From Candidatus Latescibacterota bacterium (GTDB lineage Bacteria; Latescibacterota; UBA2968; UBA8231), in contig CBDFJF010000002.1 in NCBI GenBank assembly GCA_965248265.1, positions 1,440,001 through 1,504,000 of the forward strand: a stretch of DNA of 64,000 nucleotides. Direction: 5' to 3'. The translations under genes and the position numbers were made by a program. The notes beneath the pieces were generated by a model. It made no database searches and was not told where the DNA came from. It saw only the letters and a program-made list of their open reading frames with translations. Shown piece by piece: positions 50,333 through 60,559 of this stretch (within the stretch, counting starts at the first letter, position 1; every line of letters begins with the position of its first letter).

Positions 50333-51325
50333 CTACGAGCCAGCCGCTCTCTCTTTTTCTAGTCGTGCTTGCTCGTACACCCGCGCCGGCACCTTGTTCA
50401 ACTCCCAAATTATCCCCAACCACGACATGATCTTCAAGCCGTAGTAGGTCAAATCGTACTCCCACCAGTAGAATCCCTGACGCACCGCTCCAGGGAAGTG
50501 GTGGTGGTTGTTGTGCCAGCCCTCTCCGAAAGTGATCAGCGCCAGCAGCGGGTTGTTGCGGCTGCTCTCGGCCGTGTCAAAGCGACGCCCGCCAAAGAGG
50601 TGCGAAAGCGAATTGATGGTGCAGGTGCCGTGGAAGAGGACGATGGTTGAGATGAAAAACCCCCAGACGAGCATCTGCCAGCCATTGGTACCCAAACCGG
50701 GGGCAAAGGTTTCCAGCACAACCCCCAGGCCGTACATGGCTGAGCCCAGAAGAATGGGAACCAGGATGTCAAAACGGTCCAGGAAAACCAGCTCGGGATA
50801 CTTGGCGAGATCTTTCACTTCCTTCAGGCCGGTAGCGAAATTTTCTCTGGAAGTGATCCACAGCATATGACTCCAGATGAAGCCGTGCTGCTCGGGGGAG
50901 TGCGGGTCCTCGAACTTATCCGAGTGACGATGATGCTGCCGGTGGTGTGCTGCCCACCAGAGTGGACCGCGCTGTACGGCGGAATTTCCGAACAGCGCGA
51001 AAAGGAACTGGGTGAAGCGTGCAGTATTGAAGGTTCGGTGGAAAAAATAGCGGTGGTAGAAACCGGTAATGGCAAACATTCGCACCACGTAACCTGCGAC
51101 AGCCACTCCAACCGCCACCCAGCTCCACCCGACCCAAAACACGGCCAGGCAGGCAACGTGCAAGGCGATGAACGGGAGAACCCTCACCCAATCCACCTTC
51201 TTGGCCGTCGTCTGGACATCATGAATGATCCCGGGGTTGGCCCCAGGTTTGACCGCATACGAATCGAACCACCGCACCAGGCTGGATGTCCAGGGGGTTC
51301 GCCGCTCAATTGACTCTGATTTCAC
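50333..51325 (-). CDS. Acyl-CoA delta-9 desaturase-like fatty acid desaturase
   Basis: HRYFFH, HHRQHH, GEGWHNNHH; start approximate (GTG). Confidence 0.9.
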   Translation of the reverse strand: MKSESIERRTPWTSSLVRWFDSYAVKPGANPGIIHDVQTTAKKVDWVRVLPFIALHVACLAVFWVGWSWVAVGVAVAGYVVRMFAITGFYHRYFFHRTFNTARFTQFLFALFGNSAVQRGPLWWAAHHRQHHRHSDKFEDPHSPEQHGFIWSHMLWITSRENFATGLKEVKDLAKYPELVFLDRFDILVPILLGSAMYGLGVVLETFAPGLGTNGWQMLVWGFFISTIVLFHGTCTINSLSHLFGGRRFDTAESSRNNPLLALITFGEGWHNNHHHFPGAVRQGFYWWEYDLTYYGLKIMSWLGIIWELNKVPARVYEQARLEKERAAGS

Positions 51326-51491
51326 ACACACTCTTCCATTCAAAGGCTGCAAAAAAAGCCGCCCCGCCGACACGTCTCCGGCAAGGCGACTATCGTGCAG
51401 ACAAAGGTACCGGTACCTGGCGAAAAACTCAAGAGTTACAGAAACCGGACTAGTGCCCGATGTTTCAAAAGGACTGCCGGGATCATCGGTT

Positions 51492-52421
51492 TCACGTCGC
51501 TTGCTCCTGCTTGCGAGCCGGCTTAGTGCCCGGGATATCCGGGCGGTATGACTGCCGTTTGCCCGTCGTCCAGGCAGCGTCCTCCGGGCAATGCAGGGCG
51601 AGCCAGTCTCGCAGCGGCGTGTCGCCTTTGTCCGGAGTATAGGTGCCGTTGTTGCTCGGGTTGTCGCGCAGGAGTTGCCGGCGGATCGGATCGAGACCGG
51701 GATAGAGGTGCTCGACGGTCATGTCGTCTTTGGGCAACAGCCAGCGGAAGCTGTAGTCCATGAACAGCATCTTGCGGGTCTGGTGCCAATCATTGATGCT
51801 GCGGCTGTGCCAGATGCGGCGGTCGATGATGACGGCCGCGCCCGCGGGAACGCAGATCGGAATGGCACCCGCTGGGCTGGAGCAGCCATCCTCGGGAACG
51901 GTGACTTCGTCGAGCAGGTGAGACCCAGGCACGATCAGGGTGTTGGCGCGTCCAGGTTCTGACATGTCGCTGACGAAGAAGAACACCTTGATCGACAGTC
52001 GTGGCCGGGGACTCACTTCGATTTCGTCGTTCACTCGCATGCTGTCCTGATGCCAGGCCACACTGGCTTCCGACGCGGGTCGTTTCGGGTCGACCGGGGG
52101 TGTCACCAGCAGACCGGAATGATAGATGCAACTGTTCCAGCCCAGTATGCCCCAAGCCTTTGGGAAAGTCGTTTCGCAGTCGATGAGATCCAGAAAAAGC
52201 GGATCTCTGCCGATGATGTCGGCGATATCCACGGGGTCATGTGGCCCCAGGCCATCGGCCTGCCGTTTTTCCGCGATCAGGCGATCACAGGCGTGAACGA
52301 GAGGCTCGAGGCGCTCAGGAGCCAGCGCGTTTTCCACTATCAAATAACCATGCTCGTCGAACTGACTGCGTTCGGAGTCTGTCAGGCGATGTTCAAGGCA
52401 GTTCGTATTCATCAGTCTCAT
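51492..52421 (-). CDS. PhyH-family dioxygenase
   Basis: FDEHGYLIV, WHQD, VPGSH, DRRIWH. Confidence 0.88.
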   Translation of the reverse strand: MRLMNTNCLEHRLTDSERSQFDEHGYLIVENALAPERLEPLVHACDRLIAEKRQADGLGPHDPVDIADIIGRDPLFLDLIDCETTFPKAWGILGWNSCIYHSGLLVTPPVDPKRPASEASVAWHQDSMRVNDEIEVSPRPRLSIKVFFFVSDMSEPGRANTLIVPGSHLLDEVTVPEDGCSSPAGAIPICVPAGAAVIIDRRIWHSRSINDWHQTRKMLFMDYSFRWLLPKDDMTVEHLYPGLDPIRRQLLRDNPSNNGTYTPDKGDTPLRDWLALHCPEDAAWTTGKRQSYRPDIPGTKPARKQEQAT

Positions 52422-52563
52422 ACTCCCACGGCTTGGGCCAGTCCCCTCATGTGACCGACGGCATAGGACCAGTACTGGTGCCCCCAGTCACTGTCGCTAT
52501 CGATGTGCAGTATGTGATCCGGCGACGGAGCCAACGTTCAAGAATGATTTCACGCTATCTGAC

Positions 52564-54063
52564 CTATTTCATTTGTTCCGGATCGAGGAAGTCCATCTCC
52601 GGCCTGAGATCCCAGCGGTAGTGATCAGCCGGGGTGGTGTTGCTGGCCCACTCTCTGAGAATACTCCCGTCGGCCCGCATGCGCGCCATTTGCAGTGCGA
52701 TAGTGTCAGGATCCCAACCATCGAGTACTTCTGCGGTCAACGCGGCGACAATTTCAGTGCACGATTCGTCCTGTGACCGATCGATCAACTCCTTCGGGTC
52801 CTCCTCCAGATTGAACAACTGGCAGGGATAGCCGTGGTAGTAGATCAGCTTCCATGGGCCACGGCGCAACATTCGCTGACGAACGCCGTCCTCCGGAAAG
52901 GGCCCGCCGCTCCCGGCCAGGTCCAGGCAGAACTCGGAGTAGGCGACGTCCTCCCAGGGCGCATTCGCATCTGCGATAAGCGGCAGCACGCTGCGTCCGG
53001 GTGAGTTCGGGAGCGGGGGACAGTCGAGGGCATCCAAGATAGTGGCGTTCAAATCGAGCTGACTGATGACACGCTCGCACCGCGAACCCTGCGGCAATCT
53101 ACCCGGCCACGACATGATGAGGGGGACGCGGACCGATCCTTCGTAAAAGGTCTGCTTCCACCACAATCCATGTTCGCCCACCTGCTCTCCGTGGTCGGAG
53201 GAATAGATGATGAGGGTGTTGTCGGCGAGGTCGTTATCGCGCAACGATTGCAGAATCTGGCCGATCATGATATCCATCCGCGCGACGAGGGCCCAATAAG
53301 CAGCTCGCGCTCTCCTGGTCTCCTCCGGCGTGACCTCGATGATCTCGCACGACTCACGCCATTGCCTGATATAAGGATGGATGCTGTCGGACATCGGCTC
53401 CGGTGTCTGCGGTGGCGTCATGTTCTCGAAGTAGTACTCGTAGTCTTCCCGGCGGGCGACGAAGGGCTGGTGAGGGAGCATGAGGCCGACAGACAGGCTG
53501 AACGGCTCAGTATCCTCTCCACTTCGTCGCCGGGCGGCCAGTTGCTTCAGATACTCAACCGTTGCCGTCGTCACGTCCTCGTCGTGGACCTGGTACGCAC
53601 TCTGGCCATGACCGGATTTCTCCAGGCTGACTCTGAACGGACCGGCCGTTCCAGTGAGCTCCCCATGGTCGACCCCGACCCCGCCGGTGTGGTTGGGGCC
53701 ATGATCGCCGACGAGTCGCTCCGTATAGCCGTGCAACTGATCGGGCCCGTTCGAGTGCATGCGGCCGACAAGCACCGGCCTGTAGCCTCCAGCGCCCATG
53801 GCGTGAGCGAAGGTGGGGATGCCGGAATCCAGAATGTGGGTGTTGGTCCAGACCTGGTTCTGGTACGGATGGCGGCCTGTCAACATCGACATCCGTGACG
53901 GCGTACAAATCGGGGAAGGGCAGTAGGTGCTGTCGAAGGTGACGCCCTCTCTGGCAAGCTGGTCCAGGTGAGGTGTCCGCACGAGTGGATCCCCATAGCA
54001 CCCGGTGACGGCCGGATTGTGCTGATCGGAGTGGATGTAGAGGAGGTTCGGTTGCTGCGGCAT
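52564..54063 (-). CDS. Formylglycine-dependent sulfatase (choline-sulfatase-like)
   Basis: HSDQH, CTPSRMSMLTG, GRMH, PHQP, SDHGE, WWKQTFYE. Confidence 0.92.
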   Translation of the reverse strand: MPQQPNLLYIHSDQHNPAVTGCYGDPLVRTPHLDQLAREGVTFDSTYCPSPICTPSRMSMLTGRHPYQNQVWTNTHILDSGIPTFAHAMGAGGYRPVLVGRMHSNGPDQLHGYTERLVGDHGPNHTGGVGVDHGELTGTAGPFRVSLEKSGHGQSAYQVHDEDVTTATVEYLKQLAARRRSGEDTEPFSLSVGLMLPHQPFVARREDYEYYFENMTPPQTPEPMSDSIHPYIRQWRESCEIIEVTPEETRRARAAYWALVARMDIMIGQILQSLRDNDLADNTLIIYSSDHGEQVGEHGLWWKQTFYEGSVRVPLIMSWPGRLPQGSRCERVISQLDLNATILDALDCPPLPNSPGRSVLPLIADANAPWEDVAYSEFCLDLAGSGGPFPEDGVRQRMLRRGPWKLIYYHGYPCQLFNLEEDPKELIDRSQDESCTEIVAALTAEVLDGWDPDTIALQMARMRADGSILREWASNTTPADHYRWDLRPEMDFLDPEQMK

Positions 54064-54136
54064 TGCCTCTGCTCTTCTTTAAGGTGTCGGGAGGATAGTA
54101 ATATACCGGATGTCATCATAGAGAGGAACACGGCTG

Positions 54137-55033
54137 ATGAGCACTCCAGATCGATCGCGAGCGCTGTACGACCTACATCTTCACAGCTATTGGAGCTATG
54201 ATGCCTTTGCCGCCGTCGAGGCTCATTTCATACGAGCGCGCGAACTCGGCGTACGCTATATCGCCATCACCGACCATCACGTCATGGACGCGTCGAACCA
54301 GGTGCTGGAATGCGCCGGGTGGTATCCGGAGGTAACGGCCATTCTGTCGTCGGAGATAACGGTTGCGACGTCCGTGGGCAGCATAGACCTGCTGTGCTAC
54401 GGATTTCCGATTGAGCTGACGCCACAACTACAGGAAGTCTCGGATTTTCATCACGTCTGGCAGCGGGCAACCGGCGCCGCCTGGTCCAACGGACTGCAGG
54501 CTCTCGGGCATCCATTCAGCGCTGCCGACCGCCTGGCCCTGCTCGAGTCGTACAGGCCTGCGGAAGTGATCGCGGTGCAGGGAAACACACACGTCAAGAA
54601 CGGGTTGCTCTCCGATTATTGTGTCGATCACGGATTCATCCCCAGTTCAGAAGGGTATTGGGACTTGAAGGTCCGCATGCGAGAAGAAGTGCCCTCACCG
54701 CCCTATCCTCCGGTTGACGAGGTACTGCCGATCCTGAAGGCTGCCGGCATCCAGGTTGCCATCGCCCACCCACATGGGTACTTCAACCAGGGCGATAGAG
54801 GCCGGATGGATCTGCTGCGAGAGGAGTGTCAACTGGACGGCATCGAGTGCGCCCATCGCCAGGTGCCTCCCGAGTTCACGCCGGTTTACCGCGACTATTG
54901 TGTCGAGCACGGACTCTTTTCAGTGGGTGGGTCCGATTCACACATCGACAGCGACATCCAGGAGCACTTTGCCGGACACGGCGGCGCCGACGAGTGGCTG
55001 GATGAGTTTCTTCCGGCGTTAGGGGTGCAGTGA
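54137..55033 (+). CDS. PHP-domain phosphoesterase
   Basis: DLHLHS..SYD, AITDH, IAHP, GGSDSH. Confidence 0.85.
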   Translation: MSTPDRSRALYDLHLHSYWSYDAFAAVEAHFIRARELGVRYIAITDHHVMDASNQVLECAGWYPEVTAILSSEITVATSVGSIDLLCYGFPIELTPQLQEVSDFHHVWQRATGAAWSNGLQALGHPFSAADRLALLESYRPAEVIAVQGNTHVKNGLLSDYCVDHGFIPSSEGYWDLKVRMREEVPSPPYPPVDEVLPILKAAGIQVAIAHPHGYFNQGDRGRMDLLREECQLDGIECAHRQVPPEFTPVYRDYCVEHGLFSVGGSDSHIDSDIQEHFAGHGGADEWLDEFLPALGVQ

Positions 55034-55185
55034 AAAGGTGTCTGCGGATCGCACGGCACCTGACGGCGCACATAGGGTAAGCTCTCCGTGCGCATGTCAG
55101 CGGCCCCGGGGGGATCAACAGTGTTGAGAATTCAACGTCTGTTTTTCGGTAGTGCCGATCACTGGCCGTGGCCACATTTAATTCC

Positions 55186-56277
55186 ATGAAAAGACCTGAT
55201 CAACTGCCACCCGCAAATAATGAGCTTCCCACTGAGGCTGTGATGATGCAGGCTTTCCTGCAAGGCGATGCCTCGTTCGATGGCATCTTCATCACTGCCG
55301 TGCGTACCACCGGTATCTTCTGTCGACCGACGTGCACGGCGAAGAAGCCGCGACCAGAGAACGTCCAGTTTTACGGCACCCCTCGCGAGGCCTTGCTGTC
55401 GGGTTATCGTCCTTGTAAGCGTTGTCGACCCCTCGAGGCAGCCGGTGAAACGCCGGCCTGGCTGCACCCACTGCTGGCGGATCTCGATCAGGAGCCGACG
55501 CGCCGGTGGCGGGACGGTGACCTGCGCGAGCGGGGTCTGAGCCCGGAGCGTGTGCGTCGATGGTTCCAGACCAATCACGGCATGACCTTTCACGCTTACA
55601 GTCGCGCTCGGCGCCTTTGTTCAGCCCTGGGGCAGGTACAGGACGGTTCGCAGGTGATCCGCGCCGCCTTCGAGAGCGGTTACGGGTCGTTGTCCGGATT
55701 TAACGAGGCCTTCCAACGTTACTTCGGGGCCAGTCCGACTGATGTGGAAGGTTCCACCACGATTCGGGTCGATCGTTTTACCACGCCACTGGGTCCGATG
55801 CTGGTGGGTGCCACCGATTCCAGGTTATGCCTGTTGGAGTTCGTCGATCGGCGCATGTTGCCGACCCAGGTGCAGCGCCTGCGCCGGCGTCTGGGGGCCG
55901 TCTTCGTTCCCGATCGCAACAACATTATCGACCAGACTGAACGCGAGATCGGCGATTACTTTGAGGGCAGGCGAAGAGACTTCACGGTTCCCATTGTCAC
56001 CCCGGGCACCGAGTTCCAGGAGGCTGTGTGGTCGGCCTTGGGTCGCATTCCCTATGGACAGACCGTCAGCTACCGTGATCTGGCCGAGGAAGTCGGCCGT
56101 CCAGGTGCAGTACGGGCAGTGGGAACGACGAATGGCCTCAACGCACTGGCCATCATCGTGCCCTGTCACCGGGTGATCGGCGCCGACGGTAAGCTCGTCG
56201 GGTATGGCGGGGGGCTCTGGCGCAAGATGCGCCTGCTGGAACTGGAGACCGGTGTGGCGGCCGCACAACCCGGGTAG
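55186..56277 (+). CDS. ada: Bifunctional Ada regulator / O6-methylguanine-DNA methyltransferase
   Basis: CRPTC..RPCKRC zinc site, AraC HTH (GYGSLSGF), IPYGQT, PCHRV; start approximate. Confidence 0.93.
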   Translation: MKRPDQLPPANNELPTEAVMMQAFLQGDASFDGIFITAVRTTGIFCRPTCTAKKPRPENVQFYGTPREALLSGYRPCKRCRPLEAAGETPAWLHPLLADLDQEPTRRWRDGDLRERGLSPERVRRWFQTNHGMTFHAYSRARRLCSALGQVQDGSQVIRAAFESGYGSLSGFNEAFQRYFGASPTDVEGSTTIRVDRFTTPLGPMLVGATDSRLCLLEFVDRRMLPTQVQRLRRRLGAVFVPDRNNIIDQTEREIGDYFEGRRRDFTVPIVTPGTEFQEAVWSALGRIPYGQTVSYRDLAEEVGRPGAVRAVGTTNGLNALAIIVPCHRVIGADGKLVGYGGGLWRKMRLLELETGVAAAQPG

Positions 56278-56465
56278 AGACCGCGTGCTTGGAAAGTGGC
56301 ACCACATGTCAACCTGCAGGATGGACCGTCACCGCCCGCATTGAGCGGCACCTCCATGCCGAACGGGCTTGTGCCGAATCGGCCAGATTCGTGTGGTACA
56401 TGAATCGACTTATACCGCTGAGATTCCATTCGACACTAGTTCGAACCGATCTCGAGGTGGTGTGG

Positions 56466-57839
56466 TCAACCGCGGCCCAGCGCCATCTTCGGAAACCAGG
56501 TGACCAGTTCCGGAAATAGAATGACGATGACGAGCCCGATAAGCTGCAAGATCACGAAGGGGATGATGCCGCGGTAGAGATGGTCGAGCTGCACGTTCGC
56601 CGGGGCCACCCCCTTGAGATAGAACAGGGCGAACCCGAAGGGGGGCGTGAGGAACGAGGTCTGAAGGTTGATGGCGACCAGCATGGCGAACCACAAGGTC
56701 TGATCACCCACCGTGGCAAACATCGGTCCGAAATCGAGCTTGCCGACGATGGGGCCGAACACGGGAAGCACGATCAGGGTAATCTCGATCCAGTCGAAGA
56801 AGAACCCAAGCAGGAACACGGTGCTCATCAGCACGAACAGAATGCCCCAGGAGCCAAAGGGCAAACCGAGCAACGCGGCCTCGATCACGTCCTCGCCACC
56901 CAGCGATCGGAACACGTAGCTGAAGGCCGTGGCGCCCACCACGATCATGAACACCATGGCCGTGATCTTGGCAGTGCGCTGAGTGACGTCCACGACCGTC
57001 TCCCTGTTCAAGCGCCGGTTGAACCACGCCAGCAACACCGACCCGAAGGCGCCTACGCCGGCTGCCTCGGTGGGTGTGGCCCAGCCCACGAAGATCGATC
57101 CCAGTACGATCACGATCAGAAACAGCGGCGGCAGCAGGGTTCGCAGCACGCGGCCTGCAAGGGCTGCCAGGGGGATCTGCAGCTCCTCCCTCGGCATCAA
57201 CGGCGCCAGATTGGGACGCATGTACGACAGAATACCGATGTAGAGGATGTACAACCCCGAAAGGACCAGTCCGGGGAAGACCGCGCCGAGGAACAGATCG
57301 CCCACCGAGATCGACAGCAGGTCACCCATGATGACGAGCATGATGCTGGGCGGGATCAGGATGCCCAGCGTCGCTGAGGCGGCGATGGTGCCAACAGATA
57401 ATTCGACCTGATAGCCGCGCTTGAGCATCGGCGACAGGGCCAGGATGCCCATCATGACGACGGAAGCACCGATGATGCCCGTAGAGGCAGCCAGGATCGT
57501 GCCCATCACGGTTACGGCCATGGCCAGGCCGCCGCGGATGCGGCCGAGGAGGATCTGCATCGTACTGAGCAGATCCTCAGCCACCCCCGAGCGTTCGAGC
57601 ATGATCCCCATATAGATGAACATCGGAACAGCAACCAGCAACAGATTGGAGGCGGCCCCGCCCCAGGCCCTGAGGACGATGTTGTAGAACTCGATCGCGG
57701 AGAAGTGGCCGAGCATCATGCCCAAGCCTCCGAACCCAAGAGCCACGCCCGGTAGTACGAAGGCAACCGGATAACCAGAGAACAGCAGCAGCGCCAGAGC
57801 CAGGAACATCAGCAGGGCGAGGACTTCCTCAACGTACAT
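56466..57839 (-). CDS. dctM: TRAP transporter large permease (DctM)
   Basis: AVPMFIYMG..LERSG, TLGILIPPSI, ATPTEAA, NLQTSFLTPPFG. Confidence 0.93.
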   Translation of the reverse strand: MYVEEVLALLMFLALALLLFSGYPVAFVLPGVALGFGGLGMMLGHFSAIEFYNIVLRAWGGAASNLLLVAVPMFIYMGIMLERSGVAEDLLSTMQILLGRIRGGLAMAVTVMGTILAASTGIIGASVVMMGILALSPMLKRGYQVELSVGTIAASATLGILIPPSIMLVIMGDLLSISVGDLFLGAVFPGLVLSGLYILYIGILSYMRPNLAPLMPREELQIPLAALAGRVLRTLLPPLFLIVIVLGSIFVGWATPTEAAGVGAFGSVLLAWFNRRLNRETVVDVTQRTAKITAMVFMIVVGATAFSYVFRSLGGEDVIEAALLGLPFGSWGILFVLMSTVFLLGFFFDWIEITLIVLPVFGPIVGKLDFGPMFATVGDQTLWFAMLVAINLQTSFLTPPFGFALFYLKGVAPANVQLDHLYRGIIPFVILQLIGLVIVILFPELVTWFPKMALGRG

Positions 57840-58362
57840 CGACCCCTGCCTTTTGTTCACGATGTTTCAGAATCAGGATCTGCTTTGCGACGGTGGAAAC
57901 GCCCTGCATTGCGAGCAACAGAAATCCGATCGGCAGAGCCGACTTGATGATGAACCGGTAGGGCAGGCCGCCTGGCGCATCGGAGACCTCATTGAGCAGG
58001 TAGGAGTCGATGACGAACTGCGATCCGAGAACGACCATGACAATCGAGTAGGGGGTGAGGAAGAGCGCGGCGCCGATCAGCTCGATCCAGGCCCTAGGCG
58101 TAGGGCCGAGGCGGGCGCGGAAGATATCCACCCGCACGTGGGTGTCGTCGATGTAGGCGTAGGCGGCACACAGCAGAAACAGGACGGCGTGCAGATGCCA
58201 CTCCAGTTCCTGCAGGGTCACCGAGCCCAGCGTGAAAAACCGCCGCGTGACCACGTCGAGGATGACGACGGTGATGATCGGAATCGACAACCAGGCGGCG
58301 GCCCGGCCCACGGAGGCGTTGATCCAGTCCAGCCGCGCGCTCAGCTGTCGGAGTAGCTCCAT
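57829..58362 (-). CDS. dctQ: TRAP transporter small permease (DctQ)
   Basis: 4 TM segments; QELEWHL, HVRVDI. Confidence 0.92.
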   Translation of the reverse strand: MELLRQLSARLDWINASVGRAAAWLSIPIITVVILDVVTRRFFTLGSVTLQELEWHLHAVLFLLCAAYAYIDDTHVRVDIFRARLGPTPRAWIELIGAALFLTPYSIVMVVLGSQFVIDSYLLNEVSDAPGGLPYRFIIKSALPIGFLLLAMQGVSTVAKQILILKHREQKAGVDVR

Positions 58363-58365
58363 CGA

Positions 58366-59469
58366 TCAGTTGCCGGCAGCGGCAGCGGAAAAACCGGTGG
58401 GGATGCGGGACAGGGCAGCCCACTCGGCATATCGGGCGCGGAATGCCTTGTAGGACTCGTACACCCTGGCGAACATGGGGTCATTGGCGGCCTCTTCCTC
58501 CATCACCTCATCGGTGGCCGCCTTGTAAGCCGCCATGATTTCCGGCGGCCAGGTGTGCACCTGGACGCCCTGCGCCTTCATGTTGGCCAACGCCTGACCC
58601 TGCTGCACTTCGCCCAGTGTGAGACCGCGGATGATGGTGTCCCTGCAGCAGAGTTTGATCAGTTCCTGATCCTGGGAGGACAACTCGTTCCAGCGTTCCA
58701 GATTGATCATCAGCTCGGCGATGGAGGACTGCTGATGCCAGCCAGGAAAGTAGTAGTGCTTGGCGATTTTGTGGAAGCCGTAGCGCTCGTCGATGCTGGG
58801 CATGGAGAACTCGGTGGCATCCAGAACACCCCGCTCCAGAGCCGGAAAAATGTCGCCGGCGGCGAGCATCTGCACCGAGGCGCCCAGCTTCTGGATCGCT
58901 TTGCCGCCCAGGCCGAAGAATCGAATCTTCATCCCCCGGAGCTGGTCGACGGACTCGATCGGCTCCCGAAACCATCCCGAGGCTTCCGGCGGAATCATTA
59001 TGCAGGGAGTGACCCAGAGGTTGTTCTCGGCGTACATCTCCTGCCACAGCTCAAGGCCGCCGCCCTCGTAAATCCAGGCCATGTATTCCATGGCGTTGGG
59101 ACCGAACGGCACGGCGGAGAACAGGGCGGCCGCAGGCAGTTTGCCGATCCAGTATCCGGCCGACGCCCAGCCGGCGTCCACCGCGCCCTTGCTCACCGAA
59201 TCGAAGATCTCCATGACCGGTACCAACTTGCCCGGATCGAAATACTTGATCTTGATGCGGCCTCCTGATACGTCTTCCAGCTTTGCCGTCCACAGAGGTC
59301 CCGCATCGCCAACGATCGGCGTCGTGGTGGAGTAGGCACCGGCCAACTTCCAGTTCACGCTCTTCTGGGTGGCGCCGCCGCCCGCACCCTGGTCTCGCTG
59401 CTTACAGGTGACGATGGTGAGGGCGACTGCGATCGCCATGATTGTGATTCCACGTGCGTTCCAGTGCAT
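58366..59469 (-). CDS. dctP: TRAP substrate-binding protein (DctP/TakP-like)
   Basis: SGGRIKI, VPFG, GWFR, LRGMKIR, ALERGVLDATEF, YFPGWHQ; AGGAGG RBS. Confidence 0.92.
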   Translation of the reverse strand: MHWNARGITIMAIAVALTIVTCKQRDQGAGGGATQKSVNWKLAGAYSTTTPIVGDAGPLWTAKLEDVSGGRIKIKYFDPGKLVPVMEIFDSVSKGAVDAGWASAGYWIGKLPAAALFSAVPFGPNAMEYMAWIYEGGGLELWQEMYAENNLWVTPCIMIPPEASGWFREPIESVDQLRGMKIRFFGLGGKAIQKLGASVQMLAAGDIFPALERGVLDATEFSMPSIDERYGFHKIAKHYYFPGWHQQSSIAELMINLERWNELSSQDQELIKLCCRDTIIRGLTLGEVQQGQALANMKAQGVQVHTWPPEIMAAYKAATDEVMEEEAANDPMFARVYESYKAFRARYAEWAALSRIPTGFSAAAAGN

Positions 59470-59674
59470 GAACCTCCTCCTTGCCGGTAGACGTCGCGAG
59501 TGACCTTCGACGTGCTGCACGAGTATGAGTCCAAGGACGGGTCGTGTCGAGGACACTTGGTGGGGTGCGGGCTTCTACGTCCCCACAACGGTGGAGGAGC
59601 GATACGAAGGAGGCGAAATTACGTGAATTCTTGCACCCACACGTGTGCAGGAATCTTCACACATTCCCCCTGAG

Positions 59675-60556
59675 TCAGGCCTGACGGTTCCACCGGCTGG
59701 CGTCGATTCCCGGCGCTTCCGCCTTCATCCCCTTCGGTTTGTTTTCAAGCTCCCAAGTACCTCCGGTAGTATTGAGGCTCTGCAGGAAAGGTTTGGCCTC
59801 TTCGGGAGCTGCGGCCACGAGTTCGGGATCCCAATCTTCCATCGGTTGAATCGGTCCTGCCCACGCGGGACGATAACCAAACTGAATCAGTTCGCGCGCT
59901 TGCGGATCCCCGTTCGGGTGAGTTCCGTGAAACAGATCCTTCGGAAGCAGGATGGCCGAGCCTGCTTTCACGCACAGGGTGATCTCTTCGGGATGGGACT
60001 TGTAGCGCAGGTACGGGTTGGCGTCGGCGTGGAACGACAGGTGGGAGCGTGGCACCAGGCGGAACGGGGCTCGCTCGGGCGTCAGATCCTGCAGGTAGTA
60101 GAGGACCCGCACGAGGCGTGGTGAGCTGCCTTCGAAGGTGAAAATCGAGGAGCCGAAGGGCTGACCGTCCGTATGCATGGAGATGCCAGGTGATCCCTGG
60201 TGGGTGCGTTGGAATGCCCCCAACGTGTAAACGATGTCGTCTCCCATCAGTGCTCGTAGGAACTCGATGACCGGCGGGTTGGCGATCAGTTCGGCCACGG
60301 CCCGGCTCTGCCACTGCGGCGGCTCCGTCGACACGGTCTGGTGGATGCTGTAATCCTTGTGCCGCATCGGAATGCCGGCCAGCTCGTTCCCTAAACGCTC
60401 GACCTGCTCTGGCGGGATGACATTGGGTAGTACCACATACCCTTCGACCTCGAAGTGGCGGATTTGCTCTCCGAGCGAAAAGCTGGAAAAGTCAGTCTCG
60501 TCGATGTTCATGAAGCCGATTTCTTCTTCAGGATCGGTCAAGATACTCTCTCCCAT
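59675..60556 (-). CDS. PhyH-family dioxygenase (close paralogue of 23256-24137)
   Basis: EGYVVLP, HTD, VPRSH, FHGTHPN. Confidence 0.88.
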   Translation of the reverse strand: MGESILTDPEEEIGFMNIDETDFSSFSLGEQIRHFEVEGYVVLPNVIPPEQVERLGNELAGIPMRHKDYSIHQTVSTEPPQWQSRAVAELIANPPVIEFLRALMGDDIVYTLGAFQRTHQGSPGISMHTDGQPFGSSIFTFEGSSPRLVRVLYYLQDLTPERAPFRLVPRSHLSFHADANPYLRYKSHPEEITLCVKAGSAILLPKDLFHGTHPNGDPQARELIQFGYRPAWAGPIQPMEDWDPELVAAAPEEAKPFLQSLNTTGGTWELENKPKGMKAEAPGIDASRWNRQA

Positions 60557-60559
60557 GTG

